From Dimorphilus gyrociliatus (lineage: Eukaryota > Animalia > Annelida), in assembly GCA_904063045.1 (NCBI GenBank), contig CAJFCJ010000025.1, forward strand, positions 744,001 to 808,000: a stretch of DNA of 64,000 nucleotides, written 5' to 3'. This document shows, in pieces, positions 11,095 through 25,720 of the stretch. A program made the translations under genes and the position numbers. Below the pieces are notes generated by a model that saw only the letters and a program-made list of their open reading frames with translations, was not told the DNA's origin and ran no database searches. Within the stretch, counting starts at the first letter, position 1. Each line of letters starts with the position of its first letter.

Positions 11095-13578
11095 TTTTTA
11101 TAGCAGCAAAACTTTCGTTTTCTTCTGCAAACGCTGTAAAACACATCCGAGTTAGGCGTGAGTATTTAAGAGAACAATTGAAATATGAAACAGAACAACC
11201 TATGGCCGATCAATACGCCCGTCTTTTGGGCAGGACAATTTTTTAAAGATTTAAGCTTTTTTTACTTTATTATAAGAAGAGTGCGGATAACACCAATGCG
11301 AAAAGACTGAACCTATTTTGGCTGTGCTAATTATAACAATTAACGCGAAATTATATCATCAGTAGAATTAAACACTGCTAAAACATTTGTTTTGCTATTA
11401 TAAACCAGAAAAACTTAGGTTTAGCTTTTATTAGGAAATTTTTTTAAAGATCACAAATTACCTAATAAAGTTAACCAATATATATATATATACGCATATA
11501 CTTAAATATTTTTATCATAATATGTGCATTGAAGGTTAAACGCTATGTATCGGATATATGGTTTGTTTGGGAACACCTTGAACAGTAGTATCATATTCTA
11601 ATCGTTAAAAACTACATTTGTTTATTCTAAAACAACAAAAGATCAATCTGAAGCTGAAAAATTCAATTTTGTTTTAGTCTTTCTGTTATTGAGTAAGCAA
11701 AGATGAATAGTTAATGCTCTGATTGAGTGAACATGTGCTGGTTTATAGATAGTCCTATCTATTTATAATAATTTAATGATTAAAAAAAACAGCGATTCGT
11801 TAGCAGGGGGATAAATTTCGATTTCCTGAGAAGTTAAATAAAATATTTGAGAAGAGGCTAATGTAAATACTTGACTTACTCTATTTTTTAATTGCGAATA
11901 ACTGTTCAAGTAAAAAAAATCAAAGTAGCCTCAATAAAAATTTCCATTAAGTGTAATAAATTTTCAATCTAACAAAACACTCCGAAAAAAAAGCCGCAGA
12001 AGGATGCATTACGAAATAAGTTTGTTTGTTTTCAAGATTGAAAAGTACGCCTTGCATAGGTTAACTTAATTTTTTCATCTTTAGAGTTAATTTACCAATG
12101 TTTAAATTACTATTTCATTATAAATCTAGACAATGACTAATTTATTACTCATTCCTATACAAAAATCCTGTATTTGCATAGTCAAACGAACCAGGCTCAT
12201 GTCTTTGTAAATTGAAATACTATCGGTCTTTGGCAAGGTAAAAAAATCGTCTTCGTTTGGATAATAATAGATAAATTTATGTTCAACCTGATCTAAATTC
12301 TTCAGTTTAAAGCTTAATCTTTTGAGGATGTGTTTTTCGTTAGAGATATCAGATTACATCACTGCATCAACAGCTTGCTGACAAAAGCGCTTAATCCTGA
12401 TGCTTGACTAAACGAACTTTATACTATTATAGGATTTAAGTTAACTGAAATTATATTTACGGAAAAAATTTAGAGCAGATTATTTTTTTGTTAAAGATAA
12501 AAGTTAGACATAGTGCTATAAAACTACCAAAAAAAATCAGGTACAATTTAGATTTCAAGTACAATTGATAATTTATGCTATGACTGTTTTAACAATTATA
12601 TGAATAAACAGCTTTTAGATATGAATTTCAATCGGTCTTTGTTAGGACTAATTTAAATACTTTCTTCAATAATGTCTTAGATGATTGATTTAGAATATTG
12701 AATTTTGTTAACGTTGAGAAGGCTACTTTTCCAGGACGACACCCTATCTCGTTAAGCAAAAATACTTTAATGTTATCATATGTCTTTGCAATATTCGTCG
12801 TTCAAAGGGGCGCGGTTTTATCTTGGTTTGTTTATCTCTTATCTAACACAGAAATCCCCTTCGGGTATCCTGTTTCGCGTCACGTTCTCTATATAAAATT
12901 ATTCTTAGGAAATAAGTAGTTCATGAAATTTTGCAAATCTGCATTATATCTAGATTAGAGAAACCTTAACAATAAGCAATAAATAACTTTTTCTTAATAT
13001 CAATCTGTAGCACGTTAACTTAAAAGTTTTCTACGAGAGATTTGCGATAATTGATGATTATGTGAATGATTCGACAGACATTCTAAATAGATTTATAACT
13101 TAGTTCATTTCAATAACGCTTAATAAGATCGTAACAGATTGATAATCTGAAGATCGAGAAAGTTAAAGCAGTAATAAAAGCCAAACCTTTGATTAGAAAA
13201 TTTCTACTATTTTACATTTATATCAATACTCCACAGTATTGTCCGATTATATACGTGCCGAATGAACTGGGTCAAAACGTTCGAAGAGCAGACAAAAATG
13301 GCAGACAAAGAAAATAGTTCCCACTTAACTCGATTTTTTTTTTTTAAATATTAAGTGAAATAACTTTATACTGTAGAATCGTTTGATTCCGAATCGGCCT
13401 TTTTGTACTTGACTTCAAACTCAATTAAGGCGGTTATTTCCAAAAAAATAGAAATCGAAAGGTCAATCGGCCGGCGTAAAACATCGTTCATCGAAAAATA
13501 CAATTAATTCGACCAAAATACGATGTTAAGGCATTTAAATGTTAACTTTCGTAAGACTAACGGAGAATATCGACTTAC

Positions 13579-13690
13579 CTGTACTGATAAGATGATGAAT
13601 AAAATAGGTGAGCGATAATCCGATGTATAAAATCGGTTACAATTATGAATAGTGCCGGCTTGTATTAAACCGCGAAACAGACTACTGACA
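13579..13690 (-). other. Probable non-coding 5' exon of adducin (intron 13578-11134)
   Basis: Perfect minus-strand donor CAG|GTAAGT at 13579/13578 and acceptor TTTTACAG| at 11134, 39 nt upstream of the adducin ATG. The 5' boundary of the exon is a guess. Confidence 0.5.
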
Positions 13691-15964
13691 TCTATCGGTT
13701 AAATACGAAACTTGCTTTTTCAAAATAGAATAGAATTATCTCACAAAGAGCTTTATAAGTTGGAGACAGAATGAACTTAACAAAAACATTTTTAATTAAA
13801 TTTGGAAACCCTGAATATAACATAAACTATAAAAAAGATTATAAATATTAAATTAAAAACTTAATTACATAAAATTAATAATAGAAAACTGTCAAAGTAT
13901 GTTATAGTTGACCTACACAGCTAAGAAGATATTGTTATGACCTTTCAAAGTAGAAAAAAAAAGCTAATAAAATTAGAAAAGTCATGACTCTATCATTGAA
14001 TGTTTTGTCTCGTTTTGTGCTTGTAATAGATATTGTTTAATTTAAATATACAGTATTATTAATTATTTTAGAAATTATCGTGATACGTCTGAAACAATCT
14101 GGCATTGAAGAAAATAGTTGTTACTCTGTTTATTATATAAAGTATAGGCTTAAATATATTAAATATCAACAATATTACAAAATTTGTTAAGTTATTTTAA
14201 TAATTTTTCTTTGTTAGAGTCAAACTTATATGATAAAGGTTAATATATTTGTTAGATTGTACTGTCGAATCATTTGACCCTTTTCAATTGCTAAACTTAA
14301 CAAATAGAAAAAAAAGAAAACACTTTTGACCTTACCGCAAAAGAGTTGTCTGGTAACCATATGCAGTTTAGCTTGTATAAAGATAATTGTGCTCTATGCA
14401 AGCTTATACTAGTGTAAAGTGGTGAATCATAATACATATTTAGGGGAGATGCAATTTCATACTTGGACCATTAATCCCAATTGTCTAGGATTATTTACAG
14501 CTAAAAAAAGACTAGCTAAAGATAGATGAGATATTTAAAGAATCACCTTTCTTTATCCGTATCACTATCATCATTTTCATTTTCTTTCTAAGTTATATAA
14601 TTTTTATTTATTTTAAAGATATTCTAAAAATTTTCTCCGCCCCTAATACATCTCCTAGCCTCATCATTCTCAGCTTGATAAAAACATACAGACAGGATAT
14701 ATATATATATACACTAACTAGCATCGCCATCTGTTATCTAGTCTTCTTATATGCAAGATATGTATATATTTATACTATCCCTAATGAAAGGGATAAACTT
14801 ATCAGTTTATTATAAAGAGGAAGAATAGCATAGTCTTTTTTTCTTTGTTAAAAGTATCTGTTGATAATATTTCAATTGTTTATTAAAATATCTAATCGAC
14901 GTAGGAAAAGATTGAAAATAATACAATAAATTTTCAAAAGTATGTGTCTATAAAGATAATATTCTCTTAAACGTACTTGTATTATTTATCAGATTAATTA
15001 ATGTAAAAATTAACTCTTTTGTGATACTATTGATAATAAGTGTCTATGAAAGAAAGACGCATTAACTATTTTTATATTCCTTACATATATGTATAATACA
15101 CAACATTGATCGTAACGCTTGGAATTTTCTAGGATATACAGAATACATACAGTATATATATTATACATATGGAATAGAAATATAATCCACATATAAGATT
15201 TGTATTATTATTATTATTATTATTATAGCTAAGTCTAGACAACGCAACTTTTGTATTCATTAACAAATATATTAAGAAAGATGAATCGATTCTTGTCTAG
15301 TTTGTTTTTTTTTTCTAAGACCTAATGGTTGCTACACGATCATTGGCGAAGTTCTTTTAAAGAATAGAACTAAGAATATAGAACGTTTTCTTTGAATACA
15401 AAATTGTGGTAAGTTTTTCAGTAAGAGAAAGAATTTTAGAGTAAACAGAACTATATTAACTGGTAAGGGCTTAAGATAATTTAATAACTTTTTAATAAAA
15501 TAATTGTTTTCTACACAAACCTAATTGCAAATTCTGTTGGAAAATCAATCTTTATCGATTATTCCATATTGTATAAACTGTTAAAAGTTTTACAAATCTC
15601 GGCATTTATAGTGTATAGCGAGACACAAAAAGAAACGTAAGAATCAATAAATTTAATATTATAAGACTTTGAAATTAAATAGATACCTTTCCCGCTCAAA
15701 ATTCTATGTATATTAGTTAACAATGATATTGAATATTCTCAATGCTGACTCGTTTCTATATTTAGGCATACTCTGCAAATGTTTTTTACGTCTAAAATTG
15801 ACGGGAGCTTTTTAGACCAGGAAAAGTTTTTTTAAGACTTACCTGATTACGTCATATCCTTTTTTGTAAATGAACAGGACACACCTGAATCAGAATCCTG
15901 CTCTGTAGAGACATTATATATGATAATACTTTCATTCTTTAGGAAAAAGTGCAATTAGATAGAT

Positions 15965-18900
15965 ATGCCGCTGTGGGGAAAGTCAGAAAAATCTATCAAA
16001 AAGAAAGAAGAGGAATCAAGGACAAATTCCAACAGCCCTCCACCCTATTCGGGAGCGGCTTCACAAGTTCAAAAACCTCAGTTAGTGTTCCACTGTCAGA
16101 AGGCTCAAGGCTCACCGACGGGCATTATATCAGGATTTAGTAATGTTAAGGAATTGTATCAAAAGATAGCTGAAGTTTACGACGATGATATGAGCAACGT
16201 AAGTGAAAAGTCATATATATTCATTTCATTGTAGATAAAAAAAGAGACCATAATGAATGTATTTGAGACTATTGAAATAGTAAAAGGAATAAGGAGTTAG
16301 TAATCTTTCACCACACCTTTTTTTATCTTTGATAACTGCAAAATACTCTGCCGTGATTCATAAAATACCAACCTCACGTTTATATTTAAAGTTATTTACG
16401 GTATTAAATTCCTGTATAAGAATTATTCAGCTGTCCCAATTCCTAAATTCTTATAAAATTATTAAGTTTTTCTACTATATGAATAATTAATAGTTTTTTA
16501 ATATACACCTACAAATATTGTTTAGTAGTATATTATATAGCGTGTTTATTATAATAACCAGAAAGTTTTCATAATTGAAACTATGTTATGTAGGCGTTCC
16601 TATATTTTGATTATTATTTTTAACTACTGCATGTGAGTGTGTTGTTTCTGAATATTTTAAGTAACAAAAAAAAAAGTAGGGTATGTATAGGATCAGTTCA
16701 AAGTGTGTGTTTACCAATTCACTATTCAATATTAAAAGAAGAAGAGGAAGAAGGAAAATTTTGAATAGTTGAATGCTTTTCAAATCACCCCCCTTCTTTC
16801 TATCTGTCGTAAAAGCGTTCTCTAGCACTCGCCCTCACCCCTCTTTTCTTTTTCTCTGCTAGTCTGTCTATGTCTCTACTTTCACAATGATGTTTCCCTT
16901 ATCAAGATTAAGATAATCTTTAATACTTGAAAATTAATGGTTTAACTAACCCATTTCTGTTTTACGAGCGTGACTTATCATCTAAAACGAATGTAGTAAT
17001 ATAGATCTTATCAATTATATAAGATATAGCCAAGTAGGAGCTGTATAATTTCCCTTCCAATTTCGGAATATCAGTCAATATTTAAAAAATGATATGAAAT
17101 TAGAATACCATTAATGGTCTTAATTATAATGGAGAAAAAAAGCTGAGATCTCTGTCGTGATATTCAAGGTTACAATAAAATCTAATAAGATTTTATAATA
17201 CCTATATATACATTTATATATATATATACTGTATAAAAGGCGTGATACTGTCTATACTTATTGAGGAAGAAAAAAAAATGCTGATTCTCTATTATCTACT
17301 CTATTTTTTATTATGCAGTATGCACCCTTTATATAAATAGTATATTTAATCATTAACAACAATTAATTAAATATGATTCTTACGAACAAAGATCGTATTC
17401 CATTTTGCGTTAGAAAAATAAAACTATATCAATAATTAATGATATAATTATTATATATGTTATATATACTTTTAGTATTTACTGATCCTTGGATAAATTT
17501 TGAAGATTATTCGAAAAAACAAGAAATTTATGTTACCTGGTACAAAATAAGTGTATTAAAAGATGTCCCTATCTCAATCACTATTATTAGTTTTATTAAA
17601 TATAGCTTGCGAGTGCTCAATAAATAGTATTTCTGTTTAATTATCTACCCCATCTTTAAATCTATATACAGTATATGTAGAATTTTTAAGGAGGTTGAAA
17701 GAAGAAAAAGAAAATTTAATTAATTTCTCTCTACTCCTTCTACCTTTTTCATTCATAATTAAGTATTATTGGGCGGTTTGAAGATATCATAGTAGATATT
17801 GTTATTATGTTATATATAAGATGAAAGGAGAAAAGTCTCTTCTTCTTTCTAAAAATAAAAATGTATGTTGTAAAAAGTAATGAAATAAATAACTTTTTTT
17901 TTTTACATGTCAAAGATGTTGAGAATAAAGGTGTATTTACATATTTAACTACTACTAGTCAAGATTCTATATAAGGAACAAATATGTCTTTATTTAAGCT
18001 TCAGCAACTGTTGCTTTTAGGTTGAATAGTTATTTTCTTTTTTTGTTAAATGGCCTCTTTTTATACAGATACTTTTCTGCACTCTCAATACCCATAAAGT
18101 TGATATGACCCGATTGTTAGGGGGTCAAATTGGGCTTGAAGACTTCATTTTTGCTCATATGCGCGGGCAACCTAAGGAAATTGAAATTGATAAATCCGAG
18201 GATGCTTTGGGTTTGACGATAACAGATAACGGAGCCGGACTTGCTTTCATCAAGCGTATAAAGGAGGGATCTATTATGTCTAGATTAGAACCTGTTATGG
18301 TTGGAGATCATATAGAAAAAATTGACGGCATAAGTATGGTTCATAAAAGACATTTTGAAGTTGCTAGAGCTTTGAAAGAAATACCAAGGGGTCAAAGATT
18401 CAAGTTGAGATTGGTGGAACCAATTAAATCTGGCTTCTGTGAGTATTAACTTACTTAAGTAGTATGCTTGTTATTTTATAAGACTAACTAAATCGGTTAA
18501 AAAATATTGTTAGATAATATTTCAATGCCGGGAGGTAACCAGTTCCCCGGTGTAACAACACTATTAACCGGACGAGAAACGTTACGTTTCAGATCTGGAC
18601 ATCCGCCTATCATTAGAGTGGTTCGTTTTGTGTTTTTGAACCGCAAGCTATGTTTCGTTTTGTTAGGCTATCAATGATTGTGATCAAAAACTTAGCAAGA
18701 TTAAAATTTTATCGAGACAAAATAGGATTTTTTCTTTTTAAACTAATTAAGTGCTTCTTTAAAAAAAAAAGAAAAGTATATTTTGTTGTTGCTGAAAGAA
18801 ATCTAAAGCATGTTTAGATTTTGTGCCTTTTTTGTTCTATTAGCTGGAATCGGATTCGATAAAAGCGGTGCTAAGCAAAATAAGAAATTCGGCTCCGGGA

Positions 18901-19476
18901 AAGCTACTCTTCGATTTAAATCAAATGGAAAAGCTGAAATTGAAATGGTTTGTCATATATCTCTTTGTTTGAATTTTGTAGTGGCTATAGATTTTGTCTT
19001 TTCTATTTTATTTCATTCCTCTTCCTTCTTGAGTTTATTAGATTTAAAAAAAAAATCATTTATTTAATTAAGAAAGTCAACTCTTTTATAGTAAGGAAAT
19101 ATGAAATAGGTTTATTAAATTTTCATCTTCTTATTCGTGTAGGAGGACGATTCGGCTGTTTTAGCTAGGGAGAAAATAAATGAGTTAATGGAGAAATTTT
19201 TAGGAATAAATGATGGCGATTTGGGTAAGTTTGATAATGTATGAATAAAGTAAAAATCATTAATTTTTTTCTTTTTCCATAGCCCAAACCATCTGGGATG
19301 TAGGTCATGACAAAGACAATCCGTCCGATTTCGCCTCCGCGATAGATGACTCGGAATTAAATATGTTTAACTTTACAGTTGATTTTAAATTTGATTTATG
19401 GGGAGCCATAAATGATGCTAAGAGTGGTCTGCTCAAGAAGAATAAAGGACCGACAGAGTTTAACGAGCAGTTTTGA
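15965..19476 (+). CDS. GIPC1: PDZ domain-containing protein GIPC (GH1-PDZ-GH2), about 328 aa
   Basis: Exons 15965-16198, 18069-18438, either 18514-18620 or 18844-18947, 19143-19224, 19283-19476; total 987 or 984 nt. Motifs: [81 protein letters not shown], and GH2 [24 protein letters not shown]. Confidence 0.95.
18514..18620 (+). other. GIPC alternative exon A (107 nt, phase 1 to 0)
   Basis: Acceptor TTGTTAG| and donor GTG|GTTCGT. Encodes (Y)[35 protein letters not shown], matching the GIPC PDZ-GH2 linker motif G+xTLRxxS. Confidence 0.7.
18844..18947 (+). other. GIPC alternative exon B (104 nt, phase 1 to 0)
   Basis: Acceptor CTATTAG| and donor ATG|GTTTGT. Encodes (S)[34 protein letters not shown], the same linker motif. 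Confidence 0.8.
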
Positions 19477-19947
19477 ATCGTGATTTTCTTTCCTGAATTC
19501 TCTTTTATTTATTCATTCTTTAATGAAACTCTAACCGCCGAATGATTGTTTGTATCGTCTTTGTTAAAAGTGTGAAATCTGAAGAAAGTTCGATGGAGTG
19601 GTAAAAATTATTTTGGGCGAGACGCCGAGACTTTGAATAAATGTCCTTCCAAATACGAATTGATAAATCATCAATTGTTTTTTCATGAATGTGAATTAGT
19701 GTCTTTTAATAAATATAAGCTATTTGTTATCGAAAGAGAGGACGAGACAGATTTTCACTAGTTGACAGCTTACTCCACTTAAACCAAACTTAAAAAAAAT
19801 AATGCTCATGTTGTGCCTTGGAGTGTTTATCAATAAACTATATTACAAACAAACTAAAGATTCTACATAAGGAAAACAACCTTTTACAACATTATACATA
19901 CAGATGAAACATACTTAAATTCTACATGTTTTTTTTAATAGAAAAGT

Positions 19948-22900
19948 CTACTTGTCGGCGCTCTTGTACTTTCGATAAAAATGATATGGTTCTTCATTAT
20001 CATTATTAAATTCAACAACTTGTGAACCGTTTTCAAACCATTTCAATGTGGCTTTAGTTTCTTCTTCCATGACATGTTTCTTGCTAAACCTTTGCAAAAC
20101 TGTAGTTAATTTTTTCCATTTAGCTTGGGATACATGTCGATGAAGATCTTTTGCCCTTGCTAAGCACTTTTGTTTATAATAGGATAAACCAGATTGAGAA
20201 ACGAATCGTATCTTTTTGCTTTTTATGTTGAATTTACATTCAGTATTATCAAACATTTCAACTTCATCCAATTCTTGGTTCTGTTCCTCTAAAGCAGCCT
20301 TTCTATAGCTATTGATATTTCTCTGTAAAAAAAGAAGAAATTATTAAAAATTATAGTTCATTTGATAGGAAAGCTCTTTTTCAAGTTTCCTTTTAACAAT
20401 CGACATACCCTCAAGAACACTGGATAATCTTTAAATCTTTCAGCAATTGATTTCTGTAATTCTGTATCTGACACATATTTTTCAACGTAAGAAGCCCATC
20501 GATCTCGCTCTTGTTCAGTAGACGGAGCGTTAGAGCTACTATCCGAATCCGTGTCCAATAGTTCAATACTAAGTTTAGGTTCACTAGACGAACTTTCATA
20601 AATAACTTTAAAGACATTTTCTTCCGACAAAATTTGTTCAGCTTTCTTAATATAGGCTGCTTCTCCTTCGGTTCTTTCGTTTCTCGAACAGCATTTTCCC
20701 ATGCCAACACCTGTAGGCAATAAATTACAATTCAGTATACTGTATAAAATAATAATGATAAAAGAATAATCAATATACCTAGTTTACATTGCTCCTTCCA
20801 TAGCTTTGTCATAGAAAGAGACTTGTCATCATTCACCACATGAGTTAACTGTTTGACACCGTTCTGTACCATTTTGTCTAAAGTAAATGCCCAATAGGCT
20901 TGCGTATGAAACATTTCCCTTAATTCATCTTCGTACGTTGAACTTTCTATATTTCCATCTAACAACTGATGAACTAGGTCAATCAAATTTTCATAAAATT
21001 TTCCAGGGTCTGTTGATTTAGGCGCTTTTAGCCTCAATGCGACTGCTGCCGACTCTTTTCTGTCGCTGCTATGCATTTTTTCATATTCTTCCATTTGTTT
21101 GGCAATTTTCCTCATTTTATACATTCTCTCGGCCAACAGATTATGCAACCTAAACAAGACATACCAATAATTATTTACTACCATTAAAGTATAATGATCT
21201 TCGTTTGGTCTTATTGGCACTGATATGTCTTCCTCCTTGTCGTCTTCGTCATCTTCACATTGGTCTTTTTCTTCTTCATCATCACTTAGAGATCCTTCTT
21301 TTTCATACATAATATGTGCAAAAGTTTTCAGCAGAAGGCATTTAATTTTCTTCTTCTCCTTATTAGTAATACCAGTTTGACGTTTAGCATGATATATTAG
21401 GAGAGCGTTTGCATCTTGAACGGTTTGCATTGAGCTATAAGTTAATATAATGTGTGGTCCGTCTTTGGCTTTCTCTTCCTCTTCAGCCGTCAGCTCTTGT
21501 TTTTCCCGCTTTGCAATGTATTCTTGTCTACAACGAAAATCGTTAACTATTATTAAAATATTTAGTATATATTTAGAGAGTTGATTTACCTATTATCAAA
21601 CTGATTCTCAATTTGATGTAAAAGTGTTTTTGAACGTATATTCTTCAAATCCGTTGCTTTAAAATTGCCACATTGGTGATCAAGGCTCTTTAAATAAAAT
21701 TTCTCGTTGGTTTCTCTCCAAGTCTTTTGGAAGCATTTCTGCATTTCTCGCCATTCTTCTTGTTTTTGTTTCAATCTTCTAATAACAATAGGAACTGAGA
21801 GAATTGGATTCTTCTTAAGACCTTCAATAATATCTCCGGCCTTGTCACCATAAATCCTCTCAACAACTTTTCGATAAAGAACTTCAGAACTTCCACCGAG
21901 AGAATCATCAAGGTGAAATTTAGAACATTCTTCTGGCGACATTCTCATGATTTTCCTTTGAACAAATTCAAAAACTTTTAAAGCATCGTTATTGAGGTCA
22001 ATTATCATATCAAGTTCAAATCTTTCGTCTTCGCATCTATAAATATTTTCTTCGTATTGAGATTTACGTGAAGTAACAAAAGTTGAATCTTCGGACCAAG
22101 TTGGAAAACTAACATAAGTATTATTCAAAACTTCGTGGCATAGCGAATTTCGTCCGGAACATTTCGGTAGCTGAACAGATGCTGGCAATGCCCTATAGAA
22201 ATAAAAACATAGATGGAGTGTATAGATTTTACATTCGACATATTTTTTCTCTTTTATCTTATGAAAAACGATATCTACCTGTAGCTAGCTCCATGTTTTT
22301 TACAAGTATTGAAATCTATTTCCATTGCAAGATCACTATTAATTCGTGGGATACCATCAGAAGGAGACACTGAAACACCAGTAACTAAACTTGTCCTGCC
22401 ATCGTCTTTAAAGCCCAAAAAGTTCTTAAACCATTTAAACAAATCAGGATGCTTATCAAAGAATTGCTGAACCAATTGCACTAGTTCAGACCTAGTAACA
22501 ACTTCTTGGTTAAACAGAACGAGACATCTAAGAAAAGCATCATAGTTTTCAGGTGATTTTATTGCTTTACGGATTCTATCGAAAAAGGCAAATTCTGATA
22601 GAGTTCCGTGTTTTCCCGCCTCCGAAAGACTGACGCTGCTTCCGGAGACAGAGGAGGAGTATTTTGCCTTTTTAGGTGCTGGCTGGGTTAACTGTGCTAA
22701 AGGTCGTCGTACCGGTTGTGATGGCTTTGGTTTTGTTGTTGAATATGTTGTTGCAATGGGCTTTCGAGATGCTATAAAAAACGAAAGGAAGAAATATATA
22801 CAAATAGAACAATTAACTATACAAAATAAATGCTAATTACTAATGTTGTGTTCGTTTCTTAGGCCTCCTAAAGCGTCGCTTGACACTCCTTGTAATGAGC

Positions 22901-24296
22901 TTAGGGTTCCATACTGTCCCGCCGCACCATTAGCATCGGGTAAAAATTGGCCAAATTCCGTTAGTAAATCTTCTTGATTTTGGAAAAGAGCAGCAACTTG
23001 AGAATAAACTTCTCCCTCCGTTAAAGGTTTCGTATTTCCTCCAGTGCTCGAAACCTGGGAGGCATCTTTAACGCACTTTTGTTCTTTTTGATAAGTATGC
23101 AATATTTCCAAAAATGACTTATAAACTTCAGGCTGGCCATGAAAACGATTTTTAATTTTGTTGACATAATTAATGGCATGATTAAATTCAACGGGTTGCT
23201 GGCTTGATTGAGAAGAACTAGGCGGCGTACTTGATGAAGTTATGCCTGTTGGTACAGATTGGGTATTAACAGCAGCCTGCACTGGCGGATTTGGGCGGTG
23301 GCTGATGTTTGTTTGAGGAGTGGAGGTTGGTAGACCTCCTTGTCCATGAGGCATAGATACAACCTAAAGGAAAATAAAGAAAATTATACTCTTAATGAAT
23401 GTATACATTTATTTAGATAACATTGCACTATCGTTTTTGCACTTATGTATAAATTGAAAAAAAAAATCCAAATATCTCTATAAGTATGAAAATATTATTA
23501 GGATATCTGATAAATTTTATAATTATTAAAATTCGATTTTTCAAGGTCAAATTCAGCGACATTACCCGAAAATGAATAAAATAGTTATTCATTCTGAACG
23601 TCTTAAACGAAGTTTGCTAAAATTACTCTGTTAAATTTGGTGAGTTCATTTTTTTTTCTATTTTCTTTTATTATATATGTTTAAGTACTAATAATTTTTA
23701 CGCATAGAGGATTAAATATATATATATAATTGAAGTGTGTACGTAGAATTATAAAGAGCTTACGCCTTTTATGTTTATAATTTTACGTTAGATATATTAG
23801 CAATTTTTCTAGGAAACGCTACGAATACTGAAGAAATAGCGTTAAAAGAAAAAGTCAAAATATTTTTTTTATTTGCTATATTATCCTATAGAGAGTATTT
23901 AGGACTTTTCAGTTTTACAATATTATACATCTCTCTACTAACCTGTTGACCAGGTTGGTGAACACTAATCGTGTGATTATCGGCCTCTATCTTATAACCG
24001 GGTGGGAGAAATGTATTAAAACCGACTATTAGGTCAGGATGTCCCCTAAATAGTGTTGATACACGATTTATAACACCGGGTGTGTCTATACTCTGACTCT
24101 TAAACTCTTTCATTATGTCTAAGAAATCGTTATAGACTTGTGGTTGATTGCCAAATTGTAATTTTACTTGATCCAAATAAGTTAGAGCGTCTTCAACTTT
24201 TAGACGCTGAAACTGTTGCTGTTGTTGAGAAGCAGGAGTAGAAACAGGAGGTGTAGTTGTAGTTGGATCTTGAGCCGGTTGAATTGGATTTTGCAT
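19948..24296 (-). CDS. SIN3A: Paired amphipathic helix corepressor SIN3 (PAH1-3, HID, C-terminal domain), about 1132 aa
   Basis: Exons 24296-23943, 23363-22841, 22771-22279, 22192-21590, 21527-20779, 20710-20409, 20322-19948; total 3399 nt = 1133 codons. PAH1 [44 protein letters not shown]; PAH2 [19 protein letters not shown]; PAH3 [10 protein letters not shown]; [30 protein letters not shown]. Confidence 0.97.
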
Positions 24297-25156
24297 CTGA
24301 ATAATTAAACGGTAATATATATTAAAGTTAGTGCAAACTTTTTAAACATGTTCAATGGTTTACGTAAATCGTACAATAGATAAATATACAAATATTATTC
24401 TATATCTTTTCTTTAGATTACGATTAGTATTAAATGAGTTTTCAATTTTATATATATACATATATATATATATATATGAGTCTGTAGAGAGAAATAATTC
24501 TTTAGATTTTACCGTGCTATCCATGATTTAAGTTTGTAGTTATTCCGTTTCCTAAACAAAGAGATGGCGTTGATGACCGGTAGGCCTAAGACATCTGTTT
24601 ATCTAAATTGAGCCTAAATATTAGCATTAATCGATTATTATTCGTTTTTCTACGTAGCTTTCACGTTAAAAATTAGGATTAACCTGTTTAGATCACATAA
24701 AACTTAGTAAAAGCTAGAATAATGGCGTAAAAACCTGATTGGACGGGTGCCAAACCCTATTGAAATAGCATATTATCGCTCAAAAATTTTTTTCCTGAGT
24801 ACGGATGATTTATCTTGGATTACCATGTACAACTTGATTGTTTCTAATAAGAAACTTCGAAAAATAATCAATCTATGATGAACATAGATGAAGCGACTCA
24901 AGTTAATACATTGTAGGCCGCTCAGAAAACACCTATAGGAATGATCGGTTAATACGAAGTGGCGTTTTGGTTTATTGTACTGTTAGCTCTAAAAATTTTA
25001 CTACGAAATCAAAATCAAAACATACTTTCAACGATTCTCTAAGATTCACAAAGTTCGAACTGGACAATGGAATACCGAATCGCGATAAATCTGCAAACAA
25101 TATCGTTTCAATATCAATATCGACGATTTATAGTATTTTTCTGTATAGCCTTTAAC

Positions 25157-25168
25157 TGCGCATGCGCG
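25157..25168. promoter_or_regulatory. NRF1/Ewg-like binding site (TGCGCATGCGCG) upstream of SIN3
   Basis: 11/12 match to the NRF1 palindrome TGCGCATGCGCA. It is a conspicuous GC island in AT-rich DNA about 0.9 kb 5' of the SIN3 ATG. Confidence 0.5.
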
Positions 25169-25454
25169 CTGTAAGGACACTGCATAAAAGGGTCAATTCG
25201 AACTCATTTTTTATTGTTGGTTAAAATCGGCCTACTATCTGAATAGTGCAAAATGCGCGGGAGTATTTCAGTTGTAACGAATCAGAATGCTTTAACTCTT
25301 AATTATTATTATTTTTTTTTGGACATTAAGAAATAAGTTCTAAATATTAGAATAATTTATATATATATATATATATATACATCTCCTTCCTTTCCCCCTT
25401 TCCTCGATTTGTTTTAATTATGGCAACGCTAAGAAGGCTTATTGATTTTCAATA

Positions 25455-25468
25455 GCGACCTCTAGCGA
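25455..25468 (-). promoter_or_regulatory. CTCF-like motif TCGCTAGAGGTCGC
   Basis: Resembles the CTCF core CGCTAGAGGGCGC. Intergenic between SIN3 and the lectin gene. Confidence 0.4.
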
Positions 25469-25720
25469 TCATAAGCATTTATAATATTTGCAATTGAAAA
25501 ATTTTTTATAAAACATTTCATTATACTTTCGTTTCTTTGTTGGATTAATATAATTCAATAGGTCTAAAATATGAATATTCTCTTCACTTACTTTAGAAAA
25601 AAACCACCTAATACTGTGTAATAAATAAATGTTTAATATCATATGAAATATGAATAAATACGTGAAAGACTATGTATTTACATAGTCTCTATTATTATGA
25701 AGTAGGCTAACTTTACAAGT

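Noticed and set aside
24875-24990. ATGATGA as a C/D-box snoRNA C box near the SIN3 5' end
   Set aside because: No D box (CTGA) at a suitable distance and no terminal stem.
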